A DNA stretch of 64,000 bases from the IMG/VR virus record IMGVR_UViG_3300036884_000163, positions 8,950-72,949 of that record; one strand, 5' to 3'. The stretch's first letter is position 1; every line of letters begins with the position of its first letter. A model generated the notes under the pieces. The model did no database searches and was not told where the DNA came from. It was given only the letters and a program-made list of their open reading frames with translations. The DNA comes from a virus. The translations under genes were made by a program, and so were the position numbers. Below are positions 19,801-28,272 of the stretch, piece by piece.

Positions 19801-20700
19801 GATTGGTGACGGCAGAACGTTTGGAAAGCCTGGTGTCCATTCCTGCCATACCCCAGTGACTCCATTATCGTCAGCCGTGATGTAATACGGTTGATAAGTT
19901 GGAGTGAAGTACCCAAGAACCATAAGTCCTTGAGCACCTCCGTTCGGTGTCGGCCATGTCGGCTCAGTCGCTCCACTGTACCCGGTGACTACCCTCCGAT
20001 ACCAGATTGCCGCAGTCGTGCTTGGGGTTACAATATCCCCTTCCTGATAGAACGTGTCCGCCTGCCAGATGGCTGCAATGGGATTCTGCTCGACTGGACT
20101 GATCCATCCTGTAGCCGCGTCCAAAGCGAGCACGGGAGCCTTTGACGCCAGCAAGTCGGTGAACGCCATGTAAATCCGGTTGTAGGCTTTCGCCGTCTGC
20201 ATCACCGCCCCTGCGGGCAACAAGGTCGCAATCGAGGCCGCTATGCGAGGGTTGGCTGCTGGCACTATGGGGACCGGAATCAGCGTTCCGCTCCCGGCGG
20301 GAAGCTCAAGGCATAGCTGACCTGCGTCCGTAAAGACGATTCCAACTTGCGTGTTCGCCGCGATTCCGTTGGAGGGGGGAAACCATCGCCTTCTCCTAAC
20401 GTCTCCGCCCACCTGTCCTCGGCTCGCGCCGCCTGCCTGTTGATTCGTCCCCTGTGCACTTGGAGTTACAGCGTTTCCCAGCACGGTCAGCACGTCCATG
20501 CCGGTGACGTTGCCAAACTCCGTCAAGAGTTGCATGGCGTAGCGCAACCCCCAGCGCGTCTTAACCGTCTCCGAAAGGAAGACCATGTTCTGGACGTCGA
20601 GCGCCAGCCCGTTCGGAACGGAAACCGCATCGTCCCACGCCACAAGGCCGCCCATGCGAACGACCTTGTGAGGGACAAGTGATTCTAAATTGACAGGCAT
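16897..20700 (-). CDS. tail nozzle / packaged-DNA stabilisation protein with inserted domains
   Basis: N-terminal GGL..D...P...ALDVQNM...VKTRWG and C-terminal IIAFKENG / WLSKEL / VKIAVPLDGATTPSHIL propeller-like motifs; position after the adaptor. Confidence 0.7.
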   Translation of the reverse strand: MPVNLESLVPHKVVRMGGLVAWDDAVSVPNGLALDVQNMVFLSETVKTRWGLRYAMQLLTEFGNVTGMDVLTVLGNAVTPSAQGTNQQAGGASRGQVGGDVRRRRWFPPSNGIAANTQVGIVFTDAGQLCLELPAGSGTLIPVPIVPAANPRIAASIATLLPAGAVMQTAKAYNRIYMAFTDLLASKAPVLALDAATGWISPVEQNPIAAIWQADTFYQEGDIVTPSTTAAIWYRRVVTGYSGATEPTWPTPNGGAQGLMVLGYFTPTYQPYYITADDNGVTGVWQEWTPGFPNVLPSPIPAGLIQQTGGGTIAANLDVYMCFCYFNDLGESIWTQPFAYTNTSAAATLTYTFNRPSAASGPPMPTWLMSVMNLGTTTDGLHWPSSQCINIYVASVAHNAAAPTQYRLYGTASADGPLVVTSIPGSGTLFTPRTIPTAAISTEQFMGEGGVRNAVLLRQNTMGDLSPVDPQGVLPVQFAGASYRPAGISVGAFVADVAQSIPLTVNIATVKLTNPSSPTIPGGTYYAQIAKVVSGVEVAWTQVLGPFNVTYYYYSNTYLVTMELQLPGDSLEDSWTLYYGSSPTNLTSKITGIGKTLTSYDVITAGVPASPPLPQYMYLAVNDVTEYSPGMLINVQSQLNQEWSGDYSIFAIYPSMSVGWDGNFIEAAVSFPQGTLVIYSAAGFTPSATPSSAIVSFAAGPCPVAVIPPGVQEGPGYSYDVLAFTVAGLGVDGPFNYLTDSTPANPFSTSILVESTDGNGNAFMTVGSTIGLAAGDTVLIAGWTAPHTKMNGQRVLATIGTSNNVVTLPDTMPVGVYPAPILGVTMTVVQTEPTQVAPGKVGILLQFDDSTLPQGVDVTGNLLFVALPQCIDLAYLPSVQRMAYVTDAEPSTAVFSENSFMGEVDGLNDVQAIEPSNGSRLVGVRELLNGDIIAFKENGGYQILPTADAPARWGQSRRWGIHGPQSGRNIATGRDGTTGLDFAMFVDPESGLYKWPPTLGQGELDWLSKELSGANNQDASRMAIWDRVNRAAGAQIQVVVDDIAKEVKIAVPLDGATTPSHILTMSYFNGWQDPLMLTLSGEWVANRTSRRWNIDPIPTRSMAMVKRTLATPVDQRCNYHQLLIGQYPSTANSVSVLYMQPGAYDDLGAGYESRYWPSYAKEPPSQQFPAGGRYLRFSACTGHMLGSGDVEITPRTYDPTYEEDPEIVNLDEGQAQVPGSAPVTYFAVGIMGDNELLSCEFSNGGVPGAWFQLVEEFLWFKPLEYSK

Positions 20701-20718
20701 GGGGAGTTAGAGAGATTC

Positions 20719-21150
20719 CTAGTTGTACCGTAATGGCGCTGCGACTTGAATGACGAAAGGTTCGAGGAGCTGAGGCGCCGTATAGGCAACAGTCCCCAAC
20801 TCGACTGGGATTGTTCCTCCGGAACCAGCCGCAAAGATACGCAGCACGAAATTAGACGCAGTGGGAGCCACGGCGTTCTGTTCCACTATCGCCGTATATC
20901 CAGCGACCACATTCTCTACCTTGATATCGGTGGCTTTCGGTAGGGCGCTTGTGGACCCGTTGATGACACTTGGAATCTTCGGACGTGCCAGTTTCTTCGG
21001 ATTTAAGGCGGCGTTGAAGTTCAGGGTCTCGCCCGCCGTACCGACAGCGCCACCGTTGGTGTAGTTTCCAGCGGTCGGCTGGAAAAGGAATTCCCAGATG
21101 ACCGCGTGAGGGAGGACGTATTTGTTGTTGAGAGTTAGTGTTCCCGCCAT
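20719..21150 (-). CDS. hypothetical structural protein
   Basis: AAGGAG RBS, beta-rich. Confidence 0.6.
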   Translation of the reverse strand: MAGTLTLNNKYVLPHAVIWEFLFQPTAGNYTNGGAVGTAGETLNFNAALNPKKLARPKIPSVINGSTSALPKATDIKVENVVAGYTAIVEQNAVAPTASNFVLRIFAAGSGGTIPVELGTVAYTAPQLLEPFVIQVAAPLRYN

Positions 21151-21162
21151 GATGTTGTCTCC

Positions 21163-21909
21163 TTAGTTATTGATGATCGGTGACGTAAATCCAGAATTCG
21201 CTGCCGAGCTGGCCGAACGCCGTCCGCCCAGCCGGAACCTCTTCGACTGCTCCGTCTTCATTGATAACCCTTCAAAATCGGCACAAGCGGTATTGAACCG
21301 CTTCTCGAATCCAGCAGCCAGCGTCGTCATGCCCGAGGCTCGCGCCATCACAATCACCTGGCAGCACTTGTACACATAGACGTTGGTCAGTCCGATGACT
21401 TGCTGGGTGGAATTCGTGTTCAGCGAAATTGCGGTGCCGACGAAGCGCACCCGGTAATCAACCGGCTCCATGCACGGACTTACTCGCAGGATGCCTTGTC
21501 GCCACTCGTAACTCTCAACCGTAGGATCGTCGGAAGCGACTGGCGCTTCCGTTTCTCCGGTGCCAGTATCGGTGTCAATCAATTTGTCCACCATCTTGAC
21601 GAAACTCCACTGCTCCTGCGTCTGGCCCACCAACCGCCACTCAATGCTCTTCGGCAATATCATCTGCGAGAGGACTTGGCCCGTTGCCTGAAACTGCGAC
21701 AGGTCCGTGGTGTTTGCCGCAACGTTCGGCAGAATCACTTCCTGAGTGGAATAGTTCAGGTCGAGAAGCTGGAGACGCACAGCGATGTCGTCGCCAATGG
21801 TCGCCAGCTTCCCGAGAATGTAATCCGCGTCAGTCCAGCCCCGGTTCGAGGAGCCGGTAGCATCCTGAAGTTCTTTCTGGACCCGCGAGATTATGTCCTG
21901 GACTGTCAC
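21163..21909 (-). CDS. head-tail adaptor (tail tubular protein A-like)
   Basis: TVQDIISRVQKELQD...WTDADYIL N-terminus typical of podovirus adaptors; GTG start inferred. Confidence 0.6.
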   Translation of the reverse strand: MTVQDIISRVQKELQDATGSSNRGWTDADYILGKLATIGDDIAVRLQLLDLNYSTQEVILPNVAANTTDLSQFQATGQVLSQMILPKSIEWRLVGQTQEQWSFVKMVDKLIDTDTGTGETEAPVASDDPTVESYEWRQGILRVSPCMEPVDYRVRFVGTAISLNTNSTQQVIGLTNVYVYKCCQVIVMARASGMTTLAAGFEKRFNTACADFEGLSMKTEQSKRFRLGGRRSASSAANSGFTSPIINN

Positions 21910-21911
21910 GT

Positions 21912-22376
21912 TTAATGCGCCCCGTGCCGCGTGTTTTCCGGCCACCACGATACAGAGCCCCATCTTGGTGTGAATTCATGGGGAATCGAATTGCCATCCA
22001 TGCACGCATTGGCAGCGAGATAGCCTGGGCGATTCGTGTGGTAACTGCGCTGGAGAGGTTGCGCACAGAGACCGCATACTTTCATGCCCGCTTTACGGAA
22101 GAGTTCGGCAGTAATCTCGCCCGGACTATCTCTCGGACCAAAGATCACGGTCGCCAGTTCCGTGCCTTCGGGATCGTCGAGACCGCAGATGAATAAGTCG
22201 GTAGGGATGACTCCGCCATTCTCTTCCTGAGTAAATAAGGTTCCGACCAGTAACCCGTCACGATACTTCTTAAGGCAAACAGACGACGGCAGCAGGAGCG
22301 CTTTTAGCATATTGTGTACTGCCTCAGCGGTCGTGCTGCCCAGCGATCCCAGTGCGGTTATTACATAACTTCCCAT
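21912..22376 (-). CDS. hypothetical protein
   Basis: GAGGA RBS, overlaps the upstream gene. Confidence 0.45.
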   Translation of the reverse strand: MGSYVITALGSLGSTTAEAVHNMLKALLLPSSVCLKKYRDGLLVGTLFTQEENGGVIPTDLFICGLDDPEGTELATVIFGPRDSPGEITAELFRKAGMKVCGLCAQPLQRSYHTNRPGYLAANACMDGNSIPHEFTPRWGSVSWWPENTRHGAH

Positions 22377-23137
22377 CTCGTGCGTCCTCCTCTAAGTTTT
22401 TTTCTTGCCCTCTGCCGCTTCGATTCGTTCGGAGAAACGTACTCTTGGCAGTAGAGCGGGAGGTTCTCCAGTTTTCCGATATTGAACAGATAGTGAGCAA
22501 TCCAACGGTGGTACTTGCCTTTGCCCGCCCGGTTCTTCCATGAGTCCGTACCCTTGGCCTGCCAGGCATCCAGATACTTCTCGTGTTCCGCTTGGTAGTA
22601 GAGAAGCAGTGCAGCATGCGCTTCGGCGAACTGGGTGAGTTCTTCCGCCGCAGTCGATCTCTCCGAGCCCGGCCGGTGCGCGCCTTCGTAGCAGAAGACT
22701 CCACCGCGGTCGCCACCAAACTTGTTCTGGCCAACCGCATCCCGCGCCTGGTCAATCGGCCAGATGTGTCCCGAGCCAGTAATCATCTCTGGGTCGGTCT
22801 GCTGGCCTTCGTAGTAGCGCCAAACCGTCGGCTTCCATTCCGTGAACACATGCTGCGTGTACGGCGCTTCAATTCCATTCGGCAGCAAGATTTTGGGAGC
22901 TACCAGCCAGTGCTCCTTGCTAATTGGGACGGCCTGAATGTTGACGTTTGCCGGGTAGGTTGGTCCAGTAACCGGCCAACTGAAGGCGTGCATACTGATT
23001 ACGGAAGCTGGTTGCCAGCCATTGCGCTCCGCTTCAGCTTTCAGCTTGGCGTATTGAGACATGGCCCGTTTCTGGCTGTCGGTCAGGAACGGGTCGGCGA
23101 AAGTGAATCCTTGATGCGCTTGCGCGACTACGGTCAT
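22361..23137 (-). CDS. hypothetical protein
   Basis: AAGGAG RBS, 258 aa. Confidence 0.65.
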   Translation of the reverse strand: MTVVAQAHQGFTFADPFLTDSQKRAMSQYAKLKAEAERNGWQPASVISMHAFSWPVTGPTYPANVNIQAVPISKEHWLVAPKILLPNGIEAPYTQHVFTEWKPTVWRYYEGQQTDPEMITGSGHIWPIDQARDAVGQNKFGGDRGGVFCYEGAHRPGSERSTAAEELTQFAEAHAALLLYYQAEHEKYLDAWQAKGTDSWKNRAGKGKYHRWIAHYLFNIGKLENLPLYCQEYVSPNESKRQRARKKLRGGRTRWEVM

Positions 23138-23203
23138 TGTGTTTCTCCTTTAGGATCGTCCGCTCCGTCTGATTCGCGGTGGGACGTTGGGTGGTGCATA
23201 AAC

Positions 23204-24070
23204 TCAGTTTCCGACGTGGCCTAAGACAATGCCCTTCATCCGGCACTTCGCGGCCAATTCTTCGCGGATGCGGCCCGATTCTAGGCTTGATCCAAAGACT
23301 GGTGAGATGTCGTCTTTCAGCATCGCCTCGGCATTCGCCTGCTCGCGGCGCTCATGAGCAACCCTCGCGGCTTGCAGTTCGGCGACATGCTTCAGGCTTC
23401 GCCAGGCCCGCTCGGTGTCGCTAACCGACACGTCGCCACGCTCAGTGATCGCACGTTCGTTGTGCTGGATCGCTAGCTCCATCCACGATTGTCCAGGGAT
23501 AGTGGGGAAGGTCTCTGCCAGATGCCATGACCCATCAAGCCTCTGTTCGTCATGCGTAAACTGCCGTTCATAGACGCCGTGCGCTGGGAACTCTCCAAGT
23601 AACGGAAGATCGGGCCTGCCTTCTACATGCACTTCGTAGTGCTCGCGCGCGTAGTAATTCGGCGGATACCAGACTTGCAGCAGCCAGCCTTTGATGTCCG
23701 AGTAGCGCGGAATCCAGCGCATCTCCTCGACTACCCGGATGGGACTGTTTTGCGATACTCCCACCATGGCCGGCACGTCCATCTCGACTTCGATCGTCTT
23801 GCTATGGTCGGAGGGGTCGCGCATGACGTTCTTGCTTTTGCGCGTGCCGCTAAATTCCAGACCGCCCTGATCCTGCAATACTGTGTTCGGTTTCCAGTCG
23901 TGCCACCTGGCCCCGACATACACCATCACCTTTTCCGCGATGACCAGGCGATAGCGGTTCTCGCCCCACGGGTTGACGCCACCCACATCGCGCAGCCACT
24001 TGCGGAGATGCTTGGGCGCTCTGCCGTCAGTTAATACGTCGTGGCGCTCGGGGAGAAGAGGGTGAATCAT
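23204..24070 (-). CDS. hypothetical protein (post-capsid gene)
   Basis: 288 aa with GGVNPWGENRYRLV motif, coupled start. Confidence 0.65.
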   Translation of the reverse strand: MIHPLLPERHDVLTDGRAPKHLRKWLRDVGGVNPWGENRYRLVIAEKVMVYVGARWHDWKPNTVLQDQGGLEFSGTRKSKNVMRDPSDHSKTIEVEMDVPAMVGVSQNSPIRVVEEMRWIPRYSDIKGWLLQVWYPPNYYAREHYEVHVEGRPDLPLLGEFPAHGVYERQFTHDEQRLDGSWHLAETFPTIPGQSWMELAIQHNERAITERGDVSVSDTERAWRSLKHVAELQAARVAHERREQANAEAMLKDDISPVFGSSLESGRIREELAAKCRMKGIVLGHVGN

Positions 24071-24267
24071 TGTGCCCTGCCTTTGGCGTTCGCTTGAGTT
24101 ATTAAGGACCGAAGAGTTTCAAGCGAATCGACAACGACATACTCGTTATGTGTTCCCGGAAGCATTCTCAGAACAGTGTTTGTCTTTAGAGATGGATTGA
24201 CGTAGACATTCATGCCGTCAATTTGAGTATCTATACATCGAACCATTGCTTCTTGCATCAACACCAC
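24067..24267 (-). CDS. small hypothetical protein
   Basis: ORF coupled to the downstream gene. Confidence 0.45.
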   Translation of the reverse strand: MVLMQEAMVRCIDTQIDGMNVYVNPSLKTNTVLRMLPGTHNEYVVVDSLETLRSLITQANAKGRAQ

Positions 24268-24335
24268 ATTGCCCCCTGCTTACTAAGAAGATTACCACTT
24301 GACATTTAGCACTTCACCTGATACGTATAGATATT

Positions 24336-24824
24336 ATGGCAAACAGGAAGTTCGGCGATAAAAACCTCTACGAGTGGGCGCGCGAACAGTGTCTCGCGCA
24401 TACGACAAACGACTGCTTGCTGTGGCCGTACAGCACAACTACTGAAGGTTACGGTCGGCTTGGATTGCCACCCGGCAAGAAACTTGTGCTCGTTCACCGG
24501 CTCGCCTTCTTTTTCAAGTACGGACGCTGGCCGAAGGACAAGTGCCTACACACATGCGATACACCGCATTGCTTCAACTGGCGGCATTTGTTCGACGGCA
24601 CGCAAGCGGAAAACGTTTCCGACATGATGAAGAAAGGGCGCGGCGTATTCCTTAAAGGCAGCGTACACGGCAATGCAAAGGTCAACGACAACCAGGTTCG
24701 TGCGATTCGTGCCCTTTATGCTGCTGGGATGTCTGAAGCAATCATCGCCGAGCAATTCGGCATGGCTCAGACAAACGTGAGCAGCATAGTTAGACGCAAA
24801 ACATGGAAGCACGTAACAGAATAA
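24336..24824 (+). CDS. HNH homing endonuclease, antisense to the late operon
   Basis: CLLW..GYG..VHRLA..HTCDTPHCFNWRHLFDGTQAENVSDM plus HTH; TTGACA at 24299. Confidence 0.88.
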   Translation: MANRKFGDKNLYEWAREQCLAHTTNDCLLWPYSTTTEGYGRLGLPPGKKLVLVHRLAFFFKYGRWPKDKCLHTCDTPHCFNWRHLFDGTQAENVSDMMKKGRGVFLKGSVHGNAKVNDNQVRAIRALYAAGMSEAIIAEQFGMAQTNVSSIVRRKTWKHVTE

Positions 24825-24843
24825 CTACTAGGTAGTATGAAAC

Positions 24844-24870
24844 TAGGCAGGAACCAGAGATTCCTGCCTA
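24844..24870. terminator. hairpin between convergent capsid and HNH genes
   Basis: Perfect 10-bp stem TAGGCAGGAA/TTCCTGCCTA. Confidence 0.6.
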
Positions 24871-24911
24871 TTCCAATTCTTAACTCTAAAGAACATCTAA
24901 GTCCTTTAGAA

Positions 24912-26204
24912 TCAATAACCCTGCAACGTGCCCGCGGGGACACCGCAGCCAGTGATAACTCCGTTTGCGAGTGCGTTATCGCAAAAGAACTGCTCGAAGT
25001 TAACATAACAACTTGCATATTGGAAATTTGGTGTACCCCCCTGGTTGTACGTGTTGTACACACGCGAACCGTTGACGGTCGGGAAGTACGGCTCTTTGAA
25101 CATCACCCGGCCAAAGGAAGACGGCGCCAGCAGATACCACGCTTGCTGATCGGCGTGCTGGCCCCAGGTAATGCGCTTGCCTTCGATCCCGATTTTGTCG
25201 GTGCCGAAGAAGGGGTCAAACCCACCAGCCTTTCCGCCTTCCAACGGAATGTACTGCAGGTCGTAGCCGATTTCCTTCAGGCTGTTAATTTGCGAATCGT
25301 GTGTATAAATGAAGTCTTCGCCGACCGCGCTTTCGTCAACACGCGCCCGCCGCTGCGACATCAGCAACTGGATAGCCGAGCGAGTGATTACCGAGCCGCC
25401 CATGTCGAAGCCGTTCGCCACAACTTGCGGAGTGCTTCGTGGAACGCCGTGGAGTTCGCCCGCGGTCGAGTAGCTGACCATGTAGCGAAGCCCGTTGATC
25501 CACTTCGGAACGCCGTCGGTCAATCCTCCGTAACGGACATAATCGCCCGTGGTCGGATTGCCGTTGCCAGTCGTGCCCACCAGCGCGTTCTGAGTGCAGG
25601 TGAAATACTGCTGCGCTCCGAGCAATGCGCCCTTGTTCGCGATGGTCAGCGAGGTTCGAGTGACGTTGCCAGTCGGGTTGACAATATCGACTGTCTGGCC
25701 GATTTCGATGTTGCGAGCACCAAACGGCGTAGCGGCCAGATTGACCGTGTTGGCATTGGGTGGAACTGCCGACAAGCTGGCGAGAAATCCGGTGCCATCG
25801 GTGTGTAGCCCGATGTCTTCCCAGTTCTTCATCATTGTGGTCAGATCGCCCAGAGCTTTGACCACGTAGTTCTCGATGGCGACGTCTTCCACTTTGACGC
25901 CGACTAGGGCCATCAATTCGGTCCAGTTGGTTGCGGTCGAGATCGCGCTGGGGGTCACGCCGCCAGCGATGTACTGCGCTGCACTGCCCAGCGGGAATGC
26001 GCCGCCGTCCGGGTACACCGCACGGGAGTCGCCGCCAGCCAGAGCAATTTGCTGCACGATGCGGTAATCGCGGTTAGAGACGCGCTCGGCCCGGCCATTC
26101 TTCATCTTGGAGGCGAGTTTGTCGGTGGTGATAAGAAGGACTGGAATCTTGGAAGCGACTCGTTCCAGTGTCAGGTTAATCAGACTAGATACGTCTGCAG
26201 CCAT
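24912..26204 (-). CDS. major capsid protein
   Basis: 430 aa directly after the scaffold; DGTGFLA and INGLRYMV...LHGVPRST motifs of HK97-fold podovirus capsids. Confidence 0.8.
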   Translation of the reverse strand: MAADVSSLINLTLERVASKIPVLLITTDKLASKMKNGRAERVSNRDYRIVQQIALAGGDSRAVYPDGGAFPLGSAAQYIAGGVTPSAISTATNWTELMALVGVKVEDVAIENYVVKALGDLTTMMKNWEDIGLHTDGTGFLASLSAVPPNANTVNLAATPFGARNIEIGQTVDIVNPTGNVTRTSLTIANKGALLGAQQYFTCTQNALVGTTGNGNPTTGDYVRYGGLTDGVPKWINGLRYMVSYSTAGELHGVPRSTPQVVANGFDMGGSVITRSAIQLLMSQRRARVDESAVGEDFIYTHDSQINSLKEIGYDLQYIPLEGGKAGGFDPFFGTDKIGIEGKRITWGQHADQQAWYLLAPSSFGRVMFKEPYFPTVNGSRVYNTYNQGGTPNFQYASCYVNFEQFFCDNALANGVITGCGVPAGTLQGY

Positions 26205-26283
26205 GGGAATTCTCCCGTTGAGTGGTTAGGCAGGACAAGGCTTGCAGTCCTAAGCCGTTGATTGTTCACGCGAGACAGAACAG

Positions 26284-27813
26284 TTAACGTTTCAGGGATG
26301 AGGCAAACACCTCGGCATCGGTCGGCATTCTACCGTTGGCCGCGAAGAAGTCGGTTTTGATCTTGCCGACCTCCTGCTCGGGAGTCATCACCGGAGCAGG
26401 TTTCGCCCCAGGAGTTGTGCCCGTTCCCTGATTCATCTTGTCGTTTTGGATCTGCGTGTCGAGTTTCTTTTGCTTCTGCTGCTGCTTGGAAATAACTTTG
26501 CCGCCGTAGGCTTCCACTTCGCGCTTCAAAATCTTAGTGACTGCCTGCGTAAAAGTTGTGGTGGCGAGCGTCGTAATCCGTTGCTGGATTTCCGGCGTTC
26601 GTCCTTGCGCCCACCATTGGTTGATCTGGCCGAGATAATGGCGGTTCGTGGCCATGCCGTCCAAGGCTTCCGCGACCGCGTCCTTAGCAATGGATCGCTT
26701 CTCGTTATCGTTCAGGCTGGTTCCCGCCAGTGTGCTTTCGACGAAAGCCAGACCTGCGGTTTCAAACTTGCTGTTGATTCCATCCTGAAAGATTTGCGCT
26801 TCTTTTTGGCCGGCTTCCGTTTTTGTCTTGGCCGCTTCCGCCCGATCCTTTGCGGCCTGGTCGATCAGTGCCTGATCTTCGGGACTGCGGGTTCCCGATG
26901 CCGCTTTCGCGCCGGAAAGTTTGCCGCCAGAATCGCGGAACTGCTGGCCGAGAATCAGTGCTTCTTTGACCCGCTCCGCTTCCGCCTGAAGACGCTCGCC
27001 TTCTTCTCCCGGAACCGCGGCATACGACTTAATCAGCCGTTCGACAGCGCCCATTGCCCCCAAAGTATCCCACTGCACGGCTGCTTGAGTGAATCTTGCG
27101 ATGGAACCGTCAGTCTGGAAGCTGCCGTCTGCGTTCTTCAGCGGTTGACCGTCCGGGCCGATTATCTGCGACAGCGGCAGCGCGACCTTGGTGATGAACT
27201 CGTCGAAGCTGCCAACGTCTTTTATGTTTGGGAAACTTTCTTCGATGTCGTAGAAGTGCTGGGCCGATTCGCCCGCAAACTTCGCCGCTTCTGGTGTCGG
27301 AAACACTTCCTGAAACTGGCCAGTAAGTGCGGCACTGCGCGCAGTCTCGTAGAGCGTGTCCACGTCGATGCCGGATTTTTCCAGTTCCGCCGCGAGCGCC
27401 GGGTTGGTTTCCAGCGCCTTTGCCAATGTCGTAACCGGTAAGGGGCCGAGCGAGTCAAGCGGGTTCGGTTCAACCTTGGTTTCTGCGGCCTTGGCATCCG
27501 CTGCCGCCTTGTCTGCTGCCGCCTTTACTTCGGCAGCCTTCTCTTCATCCGTCTTGGGCGCGATCGCTTCCGCGGCTTTCTTGTCCGCCTCAGCTTTTTC
27601 CGCCGCAAGCTGCTCGGGCGTCTTGGCCGCTGCCGCTTCTTTCGGCTTCGTGCCTTCGGCTACCGACTCATGCACTGCTTCCCGCAATGCTGCCATCGGA
27701 TCAGGCGCGGTGGTGGTAGTTTCGACGACGGGCGTAGCAGGAGTAGATTCCACCGTTGCTACTGGCGGATCGGCGACTGCGACTGCTCCAGAGTTTACGA
27801 TTTCATCGGCCAT
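26284..27813 (-). CDS. capsid scaffolding protein
   Basis: Acidic, Ala/Glu/Lys-rich helical protein between portal and capsid. Confidence 0.65.
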   Translation of the reverse strand: MADEIVNSGAVAVADPPVATVESTPATPVVETTTTAPDPMAALREAVHESVAEGTKPKEAAAAKTPEQLAAEKAEADKKAAEAIAPKTDEEKAAEVKAAADKAAADAKAAETKVEPNPLDSLGPLPVTTLAKALETNPALAAELEKSGIDVDTLYETARSAALTGQFQEVFPTPEAAKFAGESAQHFYDIEESFPNIKDVGSFDEFITKVALPLSQIIGPDGQPLKNADGSFQTDGSIARFTQAAVQWDTLGAMGAVERLIKSYAAVPGEEGERLQAEAERVKEALILGQQFRDSGGKLSGAKAASGTRSPEDQALIDQAAKDRAEAAKTKTEAGQKEAQIFQDGINSKFETAGLAFVESTLAGTSLNDNEKRSIAKDAVAEALDGMATNRHYLGQINQWWAQGRTPEIQQRITTLATTTFTQAVTKILKREVEAYGGKVISKQQQKQKKLDTQIQNDKMNQGTGTTPGAKPAPVMTPEQEVGKIKTDFFAANGRMPTDAEVFASSLKR

Positions 27814-28068
27814 TGCTTATCTCCTTCGAAATTCAGGCGTTGGGTTCAGGTTCGTCCCGCTGCCTGTGATGGTGGTGCGTGAGTTGTGAGGGGTAAGGCT
27901 TACTACATCTTGCCAACTGCTATGCCTTGGTCCGATCCGGTGTCATCGCCGAAAGTCGCAGTAGCGCTATCGTTACCGGCGACATCAACTCCCGTGTCGC
28001 CCGGTTCTGATCGTATTGGATAGCTTCCAGCCTTTTTGTGGTGTCTGGCGTGTTCTCTTTCACTGCCA

Positions 28069-28272
28069 TTACATCGCTCCCCTCTTCGGCATGGTGATCT
28101 TCGCTCTTACGTCAGCGATGGTTTCGACGCGCCATCGCTCGACGCTGAAATCGTCGAACCGTTCGATAGACTGCTGATACTTCTTGAATTCTTCCGCTGC
28201 CGATTTAGAGGAAAACACGCCGCGGAGCATATTGAACCCACATCCGTCCTGCATTACTGCGAAAACGACCAT
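28069..28272 (-). CDS. small hypothetical protein
   Basis: Start overlaps the portal stop; GVFSSKSAAEE motif. Confidence 0.55.
   Translation of the reverse strand: MVVFAVMQDGCGFNMLRGVFSSKSAAEEFKKYQQSIERFDDFSVERWRVETIADVRAKITMPKRGAM

Noticed and set aside
24837-27889. Long + strand ORFs opposite capsid and scaffold
   Set aside because: Antisense frames in GC-rich coding DNA with no motifs
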